A DNA stretch of 64,000 nucleotides from Lingula anatina. Taxonomy: Eukaryota; Animalia; Brachiopoda. A model generated the notes under the pieces. The model did no database searches and had not been told where the DNA came from. It saw nothing but the letters and a program-made list of their open reading frames with translations. This document shows, in pieces, positions 13,821 through 26,452 of this stretch; position 1 is the first letter of the stretch; each line of letters begins with the position of its first letter. The DNA lies in the NCBI GenBank assembly GCA_051362555.1, contig CM120648.1, positions 349,721 to 413,720 of the forward strand. The letters run 5' to 3'. A program made the translations under genes and the position numbers.

Positions 13821-16800
13821 CCTGATATATTTCTAAGGATGATATTGTCTGATGTTCTTTTCACGGCATTATACTCGTTGTCTTTAATTGACTAATTACC
13901 TCCTCGCTGTTTCGTTGCGGGATTATACTGCACAGGTGTCCAAAACAATTGGAAGCGTTGTCTGTGGCCTATATTTTATATGTCTATATGCCTGACACCG
14001 GAGATATTAGTTAAGATACCTTGGTTTAGCGCTAAGAACGTTACCTGCACGTACAGATAGCTTCAGCAAACGAGCTTTCCATCTTGATAAGGGATTTATT
14101 TAGTCTGATACATTAGCTATGGTTTTCCTGTTCGAGAACAGGCGTGCTTCTTTATTTAGTCGGGTTATCTAGGGTCCACTGTAGTCTAAATCGTTGGTCT
14201 AAAGTTTAGACCAAGCTACCGACTTTACTTTTTTACATTTTTATATATCTATGAAACAGCCCCTTGGAGTTGAAAATTCGGTGTGTAAACAACAGAAAGA
14301 AGAGCCAAGGACAAAGATAACTGATTATGGAAATTGCTTCTGAAACACGCACACGGCTTTCCAGAAAAACGCCCCTGGCTCGTCCAAATCCCTCTGCGTG
14401 ACATGTCGGTGTGAAAGATGCCTTCATACCCAGCTGCGGTGGGTTTCATAACGTTTGAGTCTCACGCAATTGTTGGCAATTATGTGAGCTGTCATCGCCC
14501 ACTGATGAAACTAACAGAAATTTGGTTTCGGAGAAAAGTAGTAGTTCGTCATCCAATGTTTTATTTATTTATTTATTTATCTTTTTATACTGTTGACAAA
14601 TATATACTTTCTTTTTTAATATCAGACAGAGAGAGGGGGTTTTGATGTTGCGAACTGAAACTGAAAGTATGAGGGGAAGACACTCGTACCTTTGATTGCT
14701 TCAAATTATCTAAATAATTATTTAATTTGCATGAGATGTCATTTAAGTCAGCATCAGACGAATTTACATGAATAAAATACTTGAGTATGATATTATTGTT
14801 CTCGTCATCTAAACATTTCTCTGAACAGTCGGTTGTTGTGGAAAAAAACTTGTAGGATAAGGACACCAACAACTGTCACAGCTTCTTTATATTTTGAAAT
14901 CTTAACGCTCAATATCGACCATCTACCAGACCATGAGACCTTCTCGTTACTTCAAATAGTTTAGGGTAGTGCCCTTTTCTTTATTATCGACTCCACTATT
15001 AGGTCTCATGATTTATGTGAGTTGCATGATTACTGTGTGCATAGGTTTGTAACTGTTTTATCCATCACCACGGCACAGTACCGAGTTCAATCTTTAGGAA
15101 CTGACAACACCTGTCATTAGTACGATACCAGTCCCTCCTCCGCATTTTCTCGCCTCTGCTATCATGTAAACACTGTTTCATAATTTTTACCCTACATTTT
15201 CGCCCACACCAACTTAATATAACGCGACATGCAACAGTGACACCTACCCAGTTTACTTGCAATTAATTTAACACCATTTCAAAATTGATTTGGGGGATTT
15301 GGCCAGCAATACATGGGAATTGGACAAACATGTGTGATTTTGTACTGTCTAGCCATCATTGATTTCCGTCAATATGTTGATCTTTTTATTGTTGCTGAGG
15401 CACTGGGTGTCCGAGACCCTTCCAGACTTACCCACGGCACCCTAATTATTGTTATTTTTTTCTGAAACCCGTGCTTGTGATTACTCTATGTGTGAGGATA
15501 TTTCCTTTAAATTACAAGAAACGTTAAGGAAAGGATCGATTGATTAGTTGATAGCTTCATTTGATCAACCATGACGGTTAAGAGACATGTATGGCTTACG
15601 GGGTCCGTTAGGGTTTCGCGACTGGAAAGAAATGCACCCACGTTTTGCGTGTTTGAAGTATTGTCTCAAGGCTGATTTGATAGGAATATTTAACTCGTAC
15701 GTACAAGGGCTTTGAAACACAATTTGTATTTTCCCCAAAGTTAATTACGTAACCTACAAGTAGGTAAAGACGAGTTGATTCAATCTTTTGTAATGAACAG
15801 TATATACCTGTACAACCCACAACCATACACTTATTTAGTGAAGCCACTTTTACATCGAGCGGTACATTAGATCTGTCTGTACCAGCACACTTTTAGAGGT
15901 TTTAACATGTTATTACGCTACATAGCGTTTTACACACGTTCACAAGTTGTTCACACGTCAATAACTTTTTGCCGCTTCATTGGTTGATTTAATTAATAGG
16001 CCCACTTAGTTTAATCTATCAGTTTCAATTCATTTATTTCTCTCGTTTACACATGAAGAACATATAAAGGCACATGTAAATATAAACACATACACAAATA
16101 TTTTGTAGGCTTTTTTTTCTGATACAGTCCCAAAATACGTTCATTTTGTCAATCGGCTCAGATTTCCAATTTAGCTCAGTGCTAATTTTCTAAGGTTGGT
16201 TGATGTCGTTTGTCTAACCAATTACCCGCCAACCGTTAACGTGACTTTTGTTCAATTCTGATATTGTTTGCCGGTCACGTGGAGTTTACCGAATGCCAAT
16301 TGGCAATTAACGGTCACCCTATGACATATAATATATCTCTAATCAAATAGCACAGAATTGATACCTTTCAAATTTGATTTTACAGAGCTTTGGCCAAATC
16401 TGAAACGCAATATCAAATGTGGCAAGCAGTGTTCATCATCACCTCATCACACCTCTAAATCAATACTTGCAATAATGATGAACTCTTCTTGATCCAATTC
16501 TACATGCATACAATGCGGGGTAGACCTTTGTTTGGCAAAATGAAAATAAATTCCACCAGTTTCCTCCGTTTCACTAAATTCCCTGTCCAAAACGTGAAAA
16601 AAATGGGATCCGTAAACTTTTTTCGGGTTCAAAATCCATATTTTATACCGCCAGGAGTGGATTTTACGATAACGAGAGAAATTCAAAAGCTACAAACTGA
16701 GAAACTATTGGTGTATTTATAGATAATATAATTCTGTGAACGGTTTTGGATTTGGCTTACGGATATGTTGGTTATTAAAAGAAACGCCTTGACCTTTCCG

Positions 16801-17559
16801 GGAAATATTACTTTGCCGTATACGGTCTAAGGCGCTTATATATTTAATCCTTATATTCTCTGGCAAATCAGTAGATTTCAAAGATGCACCCTTTTTTGCA
16901 GATCCACCGATTGAAATGACCGCAAAAACAAACAAAATTTGAGGTTTATCCTTGGTTTGATGAACAATAATTGGCATGGACGACACGGAAGATGGACTGC
17001 TTTGCAGTTGTTTTCCTGACGCAATTTTGCCAGACCTTGTAGCTGTGAGGCCTTGTTTTGTCAACAATAATGTGAACCCCGCCGTGTAAATATGTTATCC
17101 TCACACGATCTTTCGAGGCGAGGATGAAAGATACGACCTTTTTCAAAATCCTATGAAAGCATGTAGGCTTACTGAAAAAAATCCAATTTTTTAGAAAAAT
17201 GATCGCACTTTTTGAAATTACTGGCAGCATGCCTATCGTACACTCAACATGCATTGTTTGCATTGTTTCCGTCCCTAATAAACTGGAATATTATCAACAC
17301 AATCTCCAATACACTGTACGTATTTCTAGTCTTTTAGAAAAATTGATGGATTTTACGAAAGTTACTTGTAGGTTGTACTTCGCGAATTGCAGTGCCTTAC
17401 TCCTTGTCAACAGTTATCCATAAGTTCCGATTCATGATGTTTAGCTTATCTCTTGGTTATACGAGCGCTTCGAGAGAGAGAGCAGAGAGATGTTCAGCTG
17501 ACTCTTTCTAAAACGTAATAGCCAGGACATATGAGAGACCAAACTTTTAAAGGGGAACT

Positions 17560-17700
17560 GCGTGACAGGAATGGTTATCCTCTAGGAACCGTAGTCCTCT
17601 CCCCATTTCTTTATACAGGTGACATTCGGCCCATTTACTAACCCCCAATACTCCCACTAACCCTAACATGCCATTTTTAGGACTACCGTTTCTGCCACAC
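17560..17700 (-). mobile_element. Short TIR element family A, inverted copy with internal deletion
   Basis: GCGTGACAGGAATGG ... GGACTACCGTTTCTGCCACAC ends, with internal TACAGGTGACATTCG and CTAACCCTAAC (reverse complement of the family core). Confidence 0.75.
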
Positions 17701-18134
17701 CAAAGTGAATGAAAAGAGATGCAGCAAGCAGTCCTGTTGCTGCCTGCAAATACGCCGAATCAGTGTTTCTTTACACTGCTGCAAATTTCGAATGAAAAAA
17801 TAAATAAATAAATGAATAAAATAAAAAAGACTGTAAGAATTCATGAGCAATTCCAAACATGATCAGTCTAATAAATGGGCAACTTGATCGTCAGTCTTCT
17901 GAAAATATTTGGTGGAGATAAATTAAGTTCATGCTCTTTCTCATGCTAACTTAACCTCATTTTACGTAATGGCATTCCAACGGAGTGCTAATGTTCCGTC
18001 TGGTGGTTCCAAACGTTTCATTTTCATTAAGCGTCGGAAATATCTCATTAAAAGATGAAATGGTAACTATATAATGTATACCCTGATATGCTTGATGTAC
18101 GAGATCAGCGGTAATGCGGGGCTCAATGTTCCCA

Positions 18135-18265
18135 AAAATTTGTCCCTCCCCCTTTGCCTCACCCCCTTTGGCCTGAGTGCCAATTTACAAAAAAAACGTG
18201 TAAGTTCTTCAGACGGGTTTCGAGCCCACGTTCCACCGATACGGAGGCGGACACTGAAATCATAA
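18135..18265 (-). mobile_element. tRNA-derived SINE remnant
   Basis: The minus strand reads AGTGTCCGCCTCCGTATCGGTGGAACGTGGGCTCGAAACCCG, a decayed tRNA-like head with a B-box-like GGCTCGAAACC. There is no intact cloverleaf. Confidence 0.4.
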
Positions 18266-18825
18266 TGATTTTAACTGAAACCGTGAACATTTTAACCTGT
18301 TACCCGCTATTGCTACTATCGAGGCGCCGATTCATTATTGCATTAAGCAATATCCTATGCCACCTTTTTACATAAAGGTCGCGATGATGGTTCACAAAAA
18401 AAGTATTATTTAAAATATCTGCCTGGAAATCCTCAATCACACACATACACATAATTACGCCAGACGAACACATTACTGGGATCAAGTGAAATCTAAAACT
18501 TTGAAAAAAAGCATGCTGGCCTATTATGTTTGACTTTAAAAGTCTCCAGGTAAAAGTTCAGCTTGATAAAGCAATCTCGGTAACCAGGATCAAATGCTAT
18601 CAGTGTCAGATCAATTTCTTAAAAGAGCTAATGATAAACCGGAAGACCATTAGGAAACCCGGAATGGTGCGTTATAGCATTGGATAAAGACAGCTATTTG
18701 GGGAATGGAGAATTGAGTCTGTTTCATTTGGTTGAAAAAACATTCATGTGATAATAGCCTTTGATCCCTGGTTCAACAATGTGTGTTCCTGAGGGAAGAG
18801 ACGTTTTGGATACATGTATCATCAT

Positions 18826-18828
<3 letters not shown>

Positions 18829-18876
<48 letters not shown>
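18829..18876. repeat. Compound (TC)n(AC)n microsatellite
   Basis: Direct reading. Confidence 0.95.
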
Positions 18877-19393
18877 GCACGCACAAACCGAAACCCCAGG
18901 CGCTTTTTACCAATTTTAGTTGATCTTAATAGATGCGTTTTCAAGAATTTACCTTTTCCCTAAGCAAGATAAACACGGCGATTATGATGAATCTTGTGGA
19001 GTAATTCAAATAGATTTTCTTCGCTACCTTATCCGACATTTTACAATCCATAGAGTGATCCCACAATAAATATTTTTTTCACAGAGACAAATTAAACAAA
19101 CTAAAACGTCTTGAGAGTCGTATCTGCCTTTATGGAACAAACGTTGACTGCTGCCCCTCGGAGAAAGATGCAGGGTTTTGAAACTTATCAAAATGTATCA
19201 ACAGTTCAGTGGCAATTACCAGTAGGCGAATATTGCTAGCGAGGACACCGTGATCGATTAATTTAAGTAAATGAGGGATTTACAGGATTTGAAATGTCAG
19301 ACCTAAAACCCTACTTAAGACTTGGCTTGACAGTTCGGCGTAAACAGCTTTGAGAGCCAGGCAAGACTCATACTTGTAGCCAGCAATTCCAAG

Positions 19394-19398
<5 letters not shown>

Positions 19399-19437
<39 letters not shown>

Positions 19438-19460
19438 GGGGGGGGGGGGGGGCGGGAGGG
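19399..19460. repeat. (GT)n followed by poly-G tract
   Basis: Direct reading. Confidence 0.9.
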
Positions 19461-20153
19461 GCTTTTTTTTCTGAAACATTATGCATGTACCTTTATATCA
19501 TGGACCCAAATTGAGAAAGTCATATCTGAATCTGGATCAAATTCTGGTTTAAAAGTTTTTTCCCAGACGAAGGGGGCTGTTTGTTCGAACCCGTGATTAC
19601 ATCAAAATAGTTCAGAACAAACATCAACATTCTGAACATAAGTAAAAAATGTGTAAATTTATTGACTTACGGGTTTACTGTTTAATTTGAAGAGTTTTAT
19701 AATATTATGTATTTATAACAAAAAACAACTGAAAAAAAAAAAAAAGAAAAAAAAAACAGACGTCTAATCTTTTTTATCTTTGTTTATTTTTATCTGTAGT
19801 TTCTTATCTGTGGGTTCGCAAATATGGCCACCATTCTTTTTGAGATGGACTCGTGTTAGTAACATAATCAATGGAACTCAGAATGAAGAGTGTTTCAAAG
19901 CATTCTTGGACAAAGTTTTCATGTCTAAGACCATGACCTGCTGTCACTCCATATGTTTTCAATTGAATTTGATATATTTTTTTTACCACACAGGTCATTA
20001 ACCCTAATAATCCCTGTTTGTGAAAGATAACGCGGATAAACGTTGATTCTACATCATCACCTCACCAAATAAGACGGTAATCAACAACATTACCAAAGTA
20101 ATGCCCTCAAAAGACGGCATTTTTTCTTGAATGCAGAATCTGAACCCATGCCG

Positions 20154-20293
20154 GTGTGACAGAAATGATAGCCCTAGGAATGGAAGTCCGGGGTCCCATA
20201 TGATTAATTCAGATTAGGGTTGTGGTTAGTAGAGGAGACTAATGTCACCTGTACAAAGTGATGGGGGACAGACTACGGGTCCTACCGGACTAC
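20154..20293 (+). mobile_element. Short TIR element family A, copy lacking most of right TIR
   Basis: GTGTGACAGAAATGATAGCCCTAGGAATGGAAGTCCGGGGTCCCATATG...GTCACCTGTACAAAGTGATGGGG..GACTAC aligns with 26287-26452. Confidence 0.8.
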
Positions 20294-21211
20294 GTGGACC
20301 TTCCTCGTTGTACACCGGCGATACATACTGCCAAAGGATCAACTGACTTACCCTTCAGCTCCCCAAAATTAAAATATCATGTGGCAGGCAAAACCAAACA
20401 AAACTTAACAAGTTAATATTTCCATCTACGTGGCCCTCCCTTGATTACAAAAACATTATATTCGCCATTTATTTACACGATATACGTCTACAGCGGTTCA
20501 TTGTAGACACCATGGGGCACATAATAGTGATTTTCTTTGTGTAGCAATTCTTTTTTGGATATACTGGTACTTATATTAAATCTGCTAACTTGGCGGCAAT
20601 CGATCTTTGTAGCGCACATTATCATTACTGTCAACTGCCACGTTCCCTTCCCCTGTCATTCAATAGCAGGGATGACATCTGCTCGTCACCAGGCGTCTAG
20701 AGAACAGGTGTGCCACACACCCCTTTATTAATATAGCGTCCCAGTTAAACCAACTGAGTTTAGAAAAAAAGTGTTCAATCAGTATTTATCGCTCGGATGT
20801 TTCTGTGCGTTCTTGGCACGATAAATCAGTATTTGCATGGACAGGGGTACATATGCTACACTCAATTAAATGACTGGAAATACTACTCGAGACTCGATCT
20901 GGTTGAATTAAAAATATAAATTTCGAATGCAACTCACGTCGGTACCCATGCTGCTACTCAAACAATGCGGCGGTGGCAAAATGAAATGTTGGATAACATC
21001 AAACCGATTTTGATAGCTGAGCACGTTGGTTCTATCTTAATAATCGAGTTTTATGTTTGCCTGTCACACATGCGCGATAAGTTACCCATAGCAGAGCCCG
21101 AAAACGAGAACGCACCACGTGTATGCGTTCCAAAAGTTCACTGGCAATAAAACCGGCATCGTTACGACCCTGAACAATGGGCCATGACAATACCTACAAT
21201 TCCCTGCTGCA

Positions 21212-21307
21212 TGACGTAGCTCCTCCTGGCGACCCCTCGCGACTTTCACGTCCGCGTGGAGTGATCACGCAGCAGTATAAATTGAAACGTTTCTGAACTG
21301 CTCACTT
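21212..21307 (+). promoter_or_regulatory. Putative TATA/Inr core promoter
   Basis: CRE-like TGACGTAG at 21212, locally CpG-rich sequence, TATAAAT at 21276-21282 and Inr-like TCACTT at 21302 with canonical spacing (A at +28 from the TATA T). A splice donor follows at 21435. Confidence 0.55.
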
Positions 21308-21434
21308 TAGACACAAATCGACTCGTTAATGGTATACTGGATCTCCATGCAGTGAAGTACTGCTTGGACGCTATAAGAGAGACTATGTGTATATTTACCA
21401 TGGCGTTTGCTGCGAACAGCAGGGGGTTTCATTG
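21304..21434 (+). other. Putative non-coding first exon (5'UTR or lncRNA)
   Basis: Runs from the Inr to donor TTG|GTAGGT at 21435 and contains only short ATG-initiated ORFs. Confidence 0.45.
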
Positions 21435-22298
21435 GTAGGTGGAGAGAATTATGTAGAAAACTGTTATGGATATTCTTTGTCACCGTTCATGGCATGACTA
21501 TTCTTTAGGGAGTTAATCTTAGGGCGGTTGATGATAAGTAAATGGGTTTGTAAACATTGGTAAAATCGCTTTTTTGCTGTTCGAATTTTTCACTAAATCT
21601 TAAAATATTACACGACAAGGTATGAAGTGTGTTGTCCAGTAAGATTATTTACTCTGCTCAACGATACGAAACTAGATACATGTAGCTTGTTGTTGTGTAT
21701 GTTAAATTCCATTGTGTAATGTGAGACCTTAATTGAATAAGTGAACTAGCTGGTTTATGGAACCTAAAAGTCATTTGAGGGTATTCACAGTAGTTCTAAA
21801 CGTCGTATGTACTTAGACTCATTTCACTCGTATTTGAACCCAGAAAAACAGTTGATTGGCAAACAGACGCTGTAGACAAATTTCAGTATTGCATGAACGG
21901 TAATGCACTGTGGCACCTGGGTATAGGTGATAAAATAAATATAATATCATGTTAATTTTCCACTCGCCCTGTGGGTACTTTTTTACACTCGTTTAGTGAT
22001 TTTGGATATATAGTTTTTATTTACGAACAATCGTGCCGCCAACTTTGATTCGGCTGTTAACCGAGGTATAATTACAACTAACCAAAACACTGAATTTGCG
22101 CCAAAATGACACAATGGAAATAGCAAACAATAACATTCCGCTTAAACGACCCGAAATATACATGTATATATACAGGGTTTAGTACTGTTAAAACTATAAA
22201 GGAATATCATCCACCTGTTGATCGACGTACAGGAGTATGCTGCATACGCTTGTTTATTGTAACAGTTATCTAAATATCATATTTCCGCTTTTTTTCAG

Positions 22299-22414
22299 AA
22301 AATGAACTAAAAACTGCACTGATTCTTTGGAAGGAATTTGCGACTGCCTTGCTAAACGGTGTCAGTGGGTCCTCGGTGCCTGACAGGTTTCCCTGACAGC
22401 TATCTGAAAACGGG
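22299..22414 (+). other. Putative internal non-coding exon (116 nt)
   Basis: Strong acceptor tttccgctttttttcag| and strong donor GG|GTAAGT. It is more GC-rich than its flanks and has stop codons in all three frames. Confidence 0.55.
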
Positions 22415-24789
22415 GTAAGTCGTTGGCATAATTGTTGTACCAGACACAGTGAAGATAAATAGTATAATTTTTGGATATCCACATTTTGGGTTCCCATGTG
22501 TTGTCGAATATATACAAATATAATACAATAATGTGAATATATAAGTAACATGCCCGTGCGTATGTGCAAAATTGATAAGAATAATCAAATTTAGCTAAAA
22601 AGCCTACATTGAAAGCTAGTTTGAATTTTCAGCAGCAAACAAAATAAACGTAATAAACAGTTGAAATAAAATGTGTTACATCGATTAGAAGGATTCAAAT
22701 ATAAAAGATCAGAGAATGCGAGGCAATATTAGGTCAGAATCACGTAATAAGTGCCTTACAGGTTAGGATTCAAGCTGTGAAGAATATTGGATTTTTGCAT
22801 TTTCTCATGTAATTTTGTGTGCATCACAGGTGATATTTTTCTTTTATAAATTCCGTGTCTGTTCAGTGAAAACTCAATTGAAATGAAAAAGGGTGATAAG
22901 TTAAAGCTGGGCGACGGTTGAAATCAAACTAAATTAGAGACATTGATATAATTGTGTGTTAACTGCAGCTAAACATGCATAACCAGAAACGAACTACAAA
23001 GAAACTGAAAAGGCTGTTCGGAGTAAAACACAGTAAACTACAACACAAATTGAACTAAAATAGACATGTATTTATATTTCTCTGCAACCTTAAATGGTCA
23101 TTTTATCCTCTAAAAAGGGTGCCTCATCTTAAAATATCATGCAGTGTCGTATCTATTACCTTCATGTATAGTTACCCTGATGCCTTCGATGGGTTTTGTA
23201 TTCCGAAAGCAACAGCAAAAAGACCATAAATGGTCGAATACTTAAACCCAAACGACACTTGTTCGTATCACATTTTTCTGTATCATCATTTTGGTTCTTC
23301 TGTGAGTTTTTGCTACTGACAACAAAGTTGCATGTCAACGATCAGTAAGACCTCATTTTGTTATTTGAAAAGATCAATTAGAGCTCACTCTGTTGTTTTA
23401 AAAGTACCAATATCAAGGACACAGCACGTCGTGACAAAAACATTGTAAACATCATTGTCAAAACAAGAAAACATTTCAGCATTCGGCAATAATCTAAGCA
23501 TTCGAAGGGCGTTCCTTTCATTAATCTACGCAATTGCCTGGGATCTACAAACAGCCAGGAAACATAATGGTTAAACATGAAAAACGTGTATATATAAAAT
23601 GTACTTAGAAGGATAAGGATTCTGCGTTTGGCGCCAACGCAAACATTTCTGTTTATTGAACACAAATGAAAAACATTATCATTGCCAAGTTATAAAACAT
23701 TAACGCTGAATAAACTCCATTTATTATTCAATTATGGCCCGTCTCATAAAATTATTATATTAGACGGGAAAGATAATTGTATATCTTTACAAAAGAGCAA
23801 AGGATATCGCGCCTACTATTTCCGTGTACTATCACAGGCAATGATACCCCTATAAATAATGCAGTACCATTATCAGATCTAATACGTGTTATTTTGGTAC
23901 AAATCAATAGCATCACTCTGCTTATAATTGTTTTGGGACACGTTTAAATGGATTCACAGTAGTTGGTCAATTTGTAACGGCTTGTTAAAGGCTGCGATCA
24001 TTTACGGTTAACAGAGGAGTGGAATCGCCAATATTGTTATTGTCTCCCCTTGCACAACTCAATTAATATGATAAAATGGCCAGGTATGGTAAGGGTGTCT
24101 TCTTGCCTTTCTTTTTGTTCCTTTCAGTAAAGACAAGCTGTCAATTGTTTTGAAAAATGGGCATAATAATCCTATATGTCAAGCTTTAAATAAAGTGTAT
24201 TAAAAAAGACTGCGTGCAAAACAATTGAGCCACTGAGTCATTATCACAAGAATAATGTGCTTAAGAAATGTGTCTGTTGAGACGTTGACTGAACTTTTAA
24301 ATCCGTCGTCAACTTGGGGACAAGGTGGGCGTTTAATCAGTGGCGTGACTACACCTTCAAAATGGGATGTTAGTGTGAATACGTGTACAGATATCGATGA
24401 GATATAAAAGATGGACTGCAGACGTTTTAGATTAGCAGACTATGCAGTGCTGAATGTATTAGAAAGCTCCCTCTTTATTAAGTATTCATTATTAACGGTC
24501 AGATGTTTCTAGGATATTTGGCCAAAGGTGAGGAGGGGAGACACAATTTTGATATATTAAGGCAAGATAGAAAATTGTAATAAATAGACGTCTTTTTACC
24601 ATAATTTCTGTGGGATGGGGATGGGAAATTGATGGGTTTTGTATCATTATGGTACTTTTTACTCCTGTTGTTCGATTATGCTAGATTCACCCCCCCCCCC
24701 CCTCCCAAAAAAAAAAAAAAAAAATGAGCACAATTCAATGTTTGGAATCAACAGAAACAACAGGCATCTTTTGACCTATTCACAACTTA

Positions 24790-25004
24790 GGCTGTATTCC
24801 CAGAGCTTTTGGATCGATCTATCCCCGCGGGGAGTCTCACTAGATTACTCTCAGATAATCCGGCTTAAATGTCCGTCCCGCCTACTGCAAGCTGTAAGGG
24901 GGTAATTAACTTTCGTGTCTGCTCGGCTGACAGCTATTTAACGTGAACCCCCAGGGAGTTAGGTCGATCTAAAGTAGATCGATCTAATCTCTGGAAATGG
25001 GGTC
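24790..25004. mobile_element. PIF/Harbinger-like MITE
   Basis: TTA on both flanks and imperfect TIRs (GGCTGTATTCCCAGAG..GGATCGATCTA vs reverse complement GACCCCATTTCCAGAGATTAGATCGATCTA). A related fragment lies at ~990-1020. Confidence 0.6.
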
Positions 25005-25817
25005 TTAGCGTCTGCTTACCCGGGGGCGTTTTGTGGACGTGTATGCAAGTTAAAGGAAGTATAAAGACATCTTGATGAAAAGTGTGTTAAAATAATTAAA
25101 ACACATCTTGATAAACAGAATGTAAGATGCGCGATTTCAAGCTGACTTAACTTAAACATAACTTAGGTGTTATATGAAATGGGAGCATTATGTGAATACA
25201 ACACCCATGCTGTAGTCGACAAATGGGGTGGACGGGATTGATGTGAAGTGGCTAAAATGCAACAACTGTATGCCGAATTTAACAATTCTGCCTATCGATT
25301 CTGCTAAATAATTAATTCTCCGTCACAGAAGGAAAACGCTCGGGCAAGCAAGAACGTGCAGTAATTTAGTCGTTATTCTGCATGTTAGGTTCTGACTGAC
25401 TACGACTGGAAAATATTGTAATGGTTCTGAATCATACATGTATTTAGTTTGACGAGCAGTCTGTCATTAAAAGTGTAACATGTATATAAGAAAAACAATA
25501 CGTTAACAAAGACTATTGTCTTTAGCATAAGTTCGATTTGTTTTTCCACAGGCAAGTGAACTTAACATGACTGTAATTTAGTTTTATTGGTGTAAGCTTA
25601 ACTTAAGTTAAAAGGGAAAGTTATTGATTTTCGTATACCAAATTTAGTGGATCCTAGATAAGCTGATAAATGATGCAATCAGTTACTATGAATAGACAAT
25701 ACTCTTTTAATATTGACGTTCACTTCAAATGTTACATCATATTGGCTGACATTTGTAAATTCGAAGATGTATAAAACGTAACTGTTTTATTTTCAAATCA
25801 TTGGATGCATCCTTGCT

Positions 25818-25851
<34 letters not shown>

Positions 25852-26286
25852 GCTTCACAAATTCATTCGATACCAACGGAGTAAAACGACAAATACAATC
25901 AGATTTAGGACATACGCACTCTTATGAGACGCTCGTTTTGTTTACTACATGTACCTAGAGTTGGAATCCTTATTCAGAGTAATTTGCGACAAAGAATAAT
26001 TAAACGAAGGCAATTATCCTCCGCATGTAATCGCATTACCTTTTTTATAAACAGTTTAATGCTCTCTTATTTTGATGCTCTTATTTGTAAATGGCAACTT
26101 GGCATTAATTAACAAGGCTTGTCCTACATTTAGTTTTCGTCTCCTGATTATTTTTACATATGTGTTTGTTTGTATATATCCTAGGGATTACATGTATTTT
26201 TCGTGTTGGTGTATGGATTTTATGAATGTTGTTTGGAAACTGAAATATCGGTGAGTTAACTGCGGCTGTGAATGCTGATGGTAAAA

Positions 26287-26452
26287 GTGTGACAGAAATG
26301 GTAGTCCTAGAGATGGAAGTCAGGGGTTCCATATGATAAGTACAGGTTAGGGTAAGTTGGAGTATTGGGGTTAGTATATGGGACGAATATCACCTGTACA
26401 AAGTAATGGGGGTGGACTACTTCCCTATAGTGGACTACCATTCCTGTCTCAC
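26287..26452 (+). mobile_element. Short TIR element family A, most complete copy
   Basis: 21-bp TIR GTGTGACAGAAATGGTAGTCC ... GGACTACCATTCCTGTCTCAC, with internal GGTTAGGGT and TCACCTGTACAAAGT motifs shared with three other copies in the window. Confidence 0.8.

Noticed and set aside
16447-17263. Cluster of overlapping ORFs, possible transposase remnant
   Set aside because: No DDE, RT or zinc-finger motif is recognisable and no matching termini were found. It may be an old non-autonomous element but I cannot support it.
18200-18265. tRNA gene
   Set aside because: Only a decayed B-box region remains, with no acceptor stem or full cloverleaf. It is treated as a SINE remnant.
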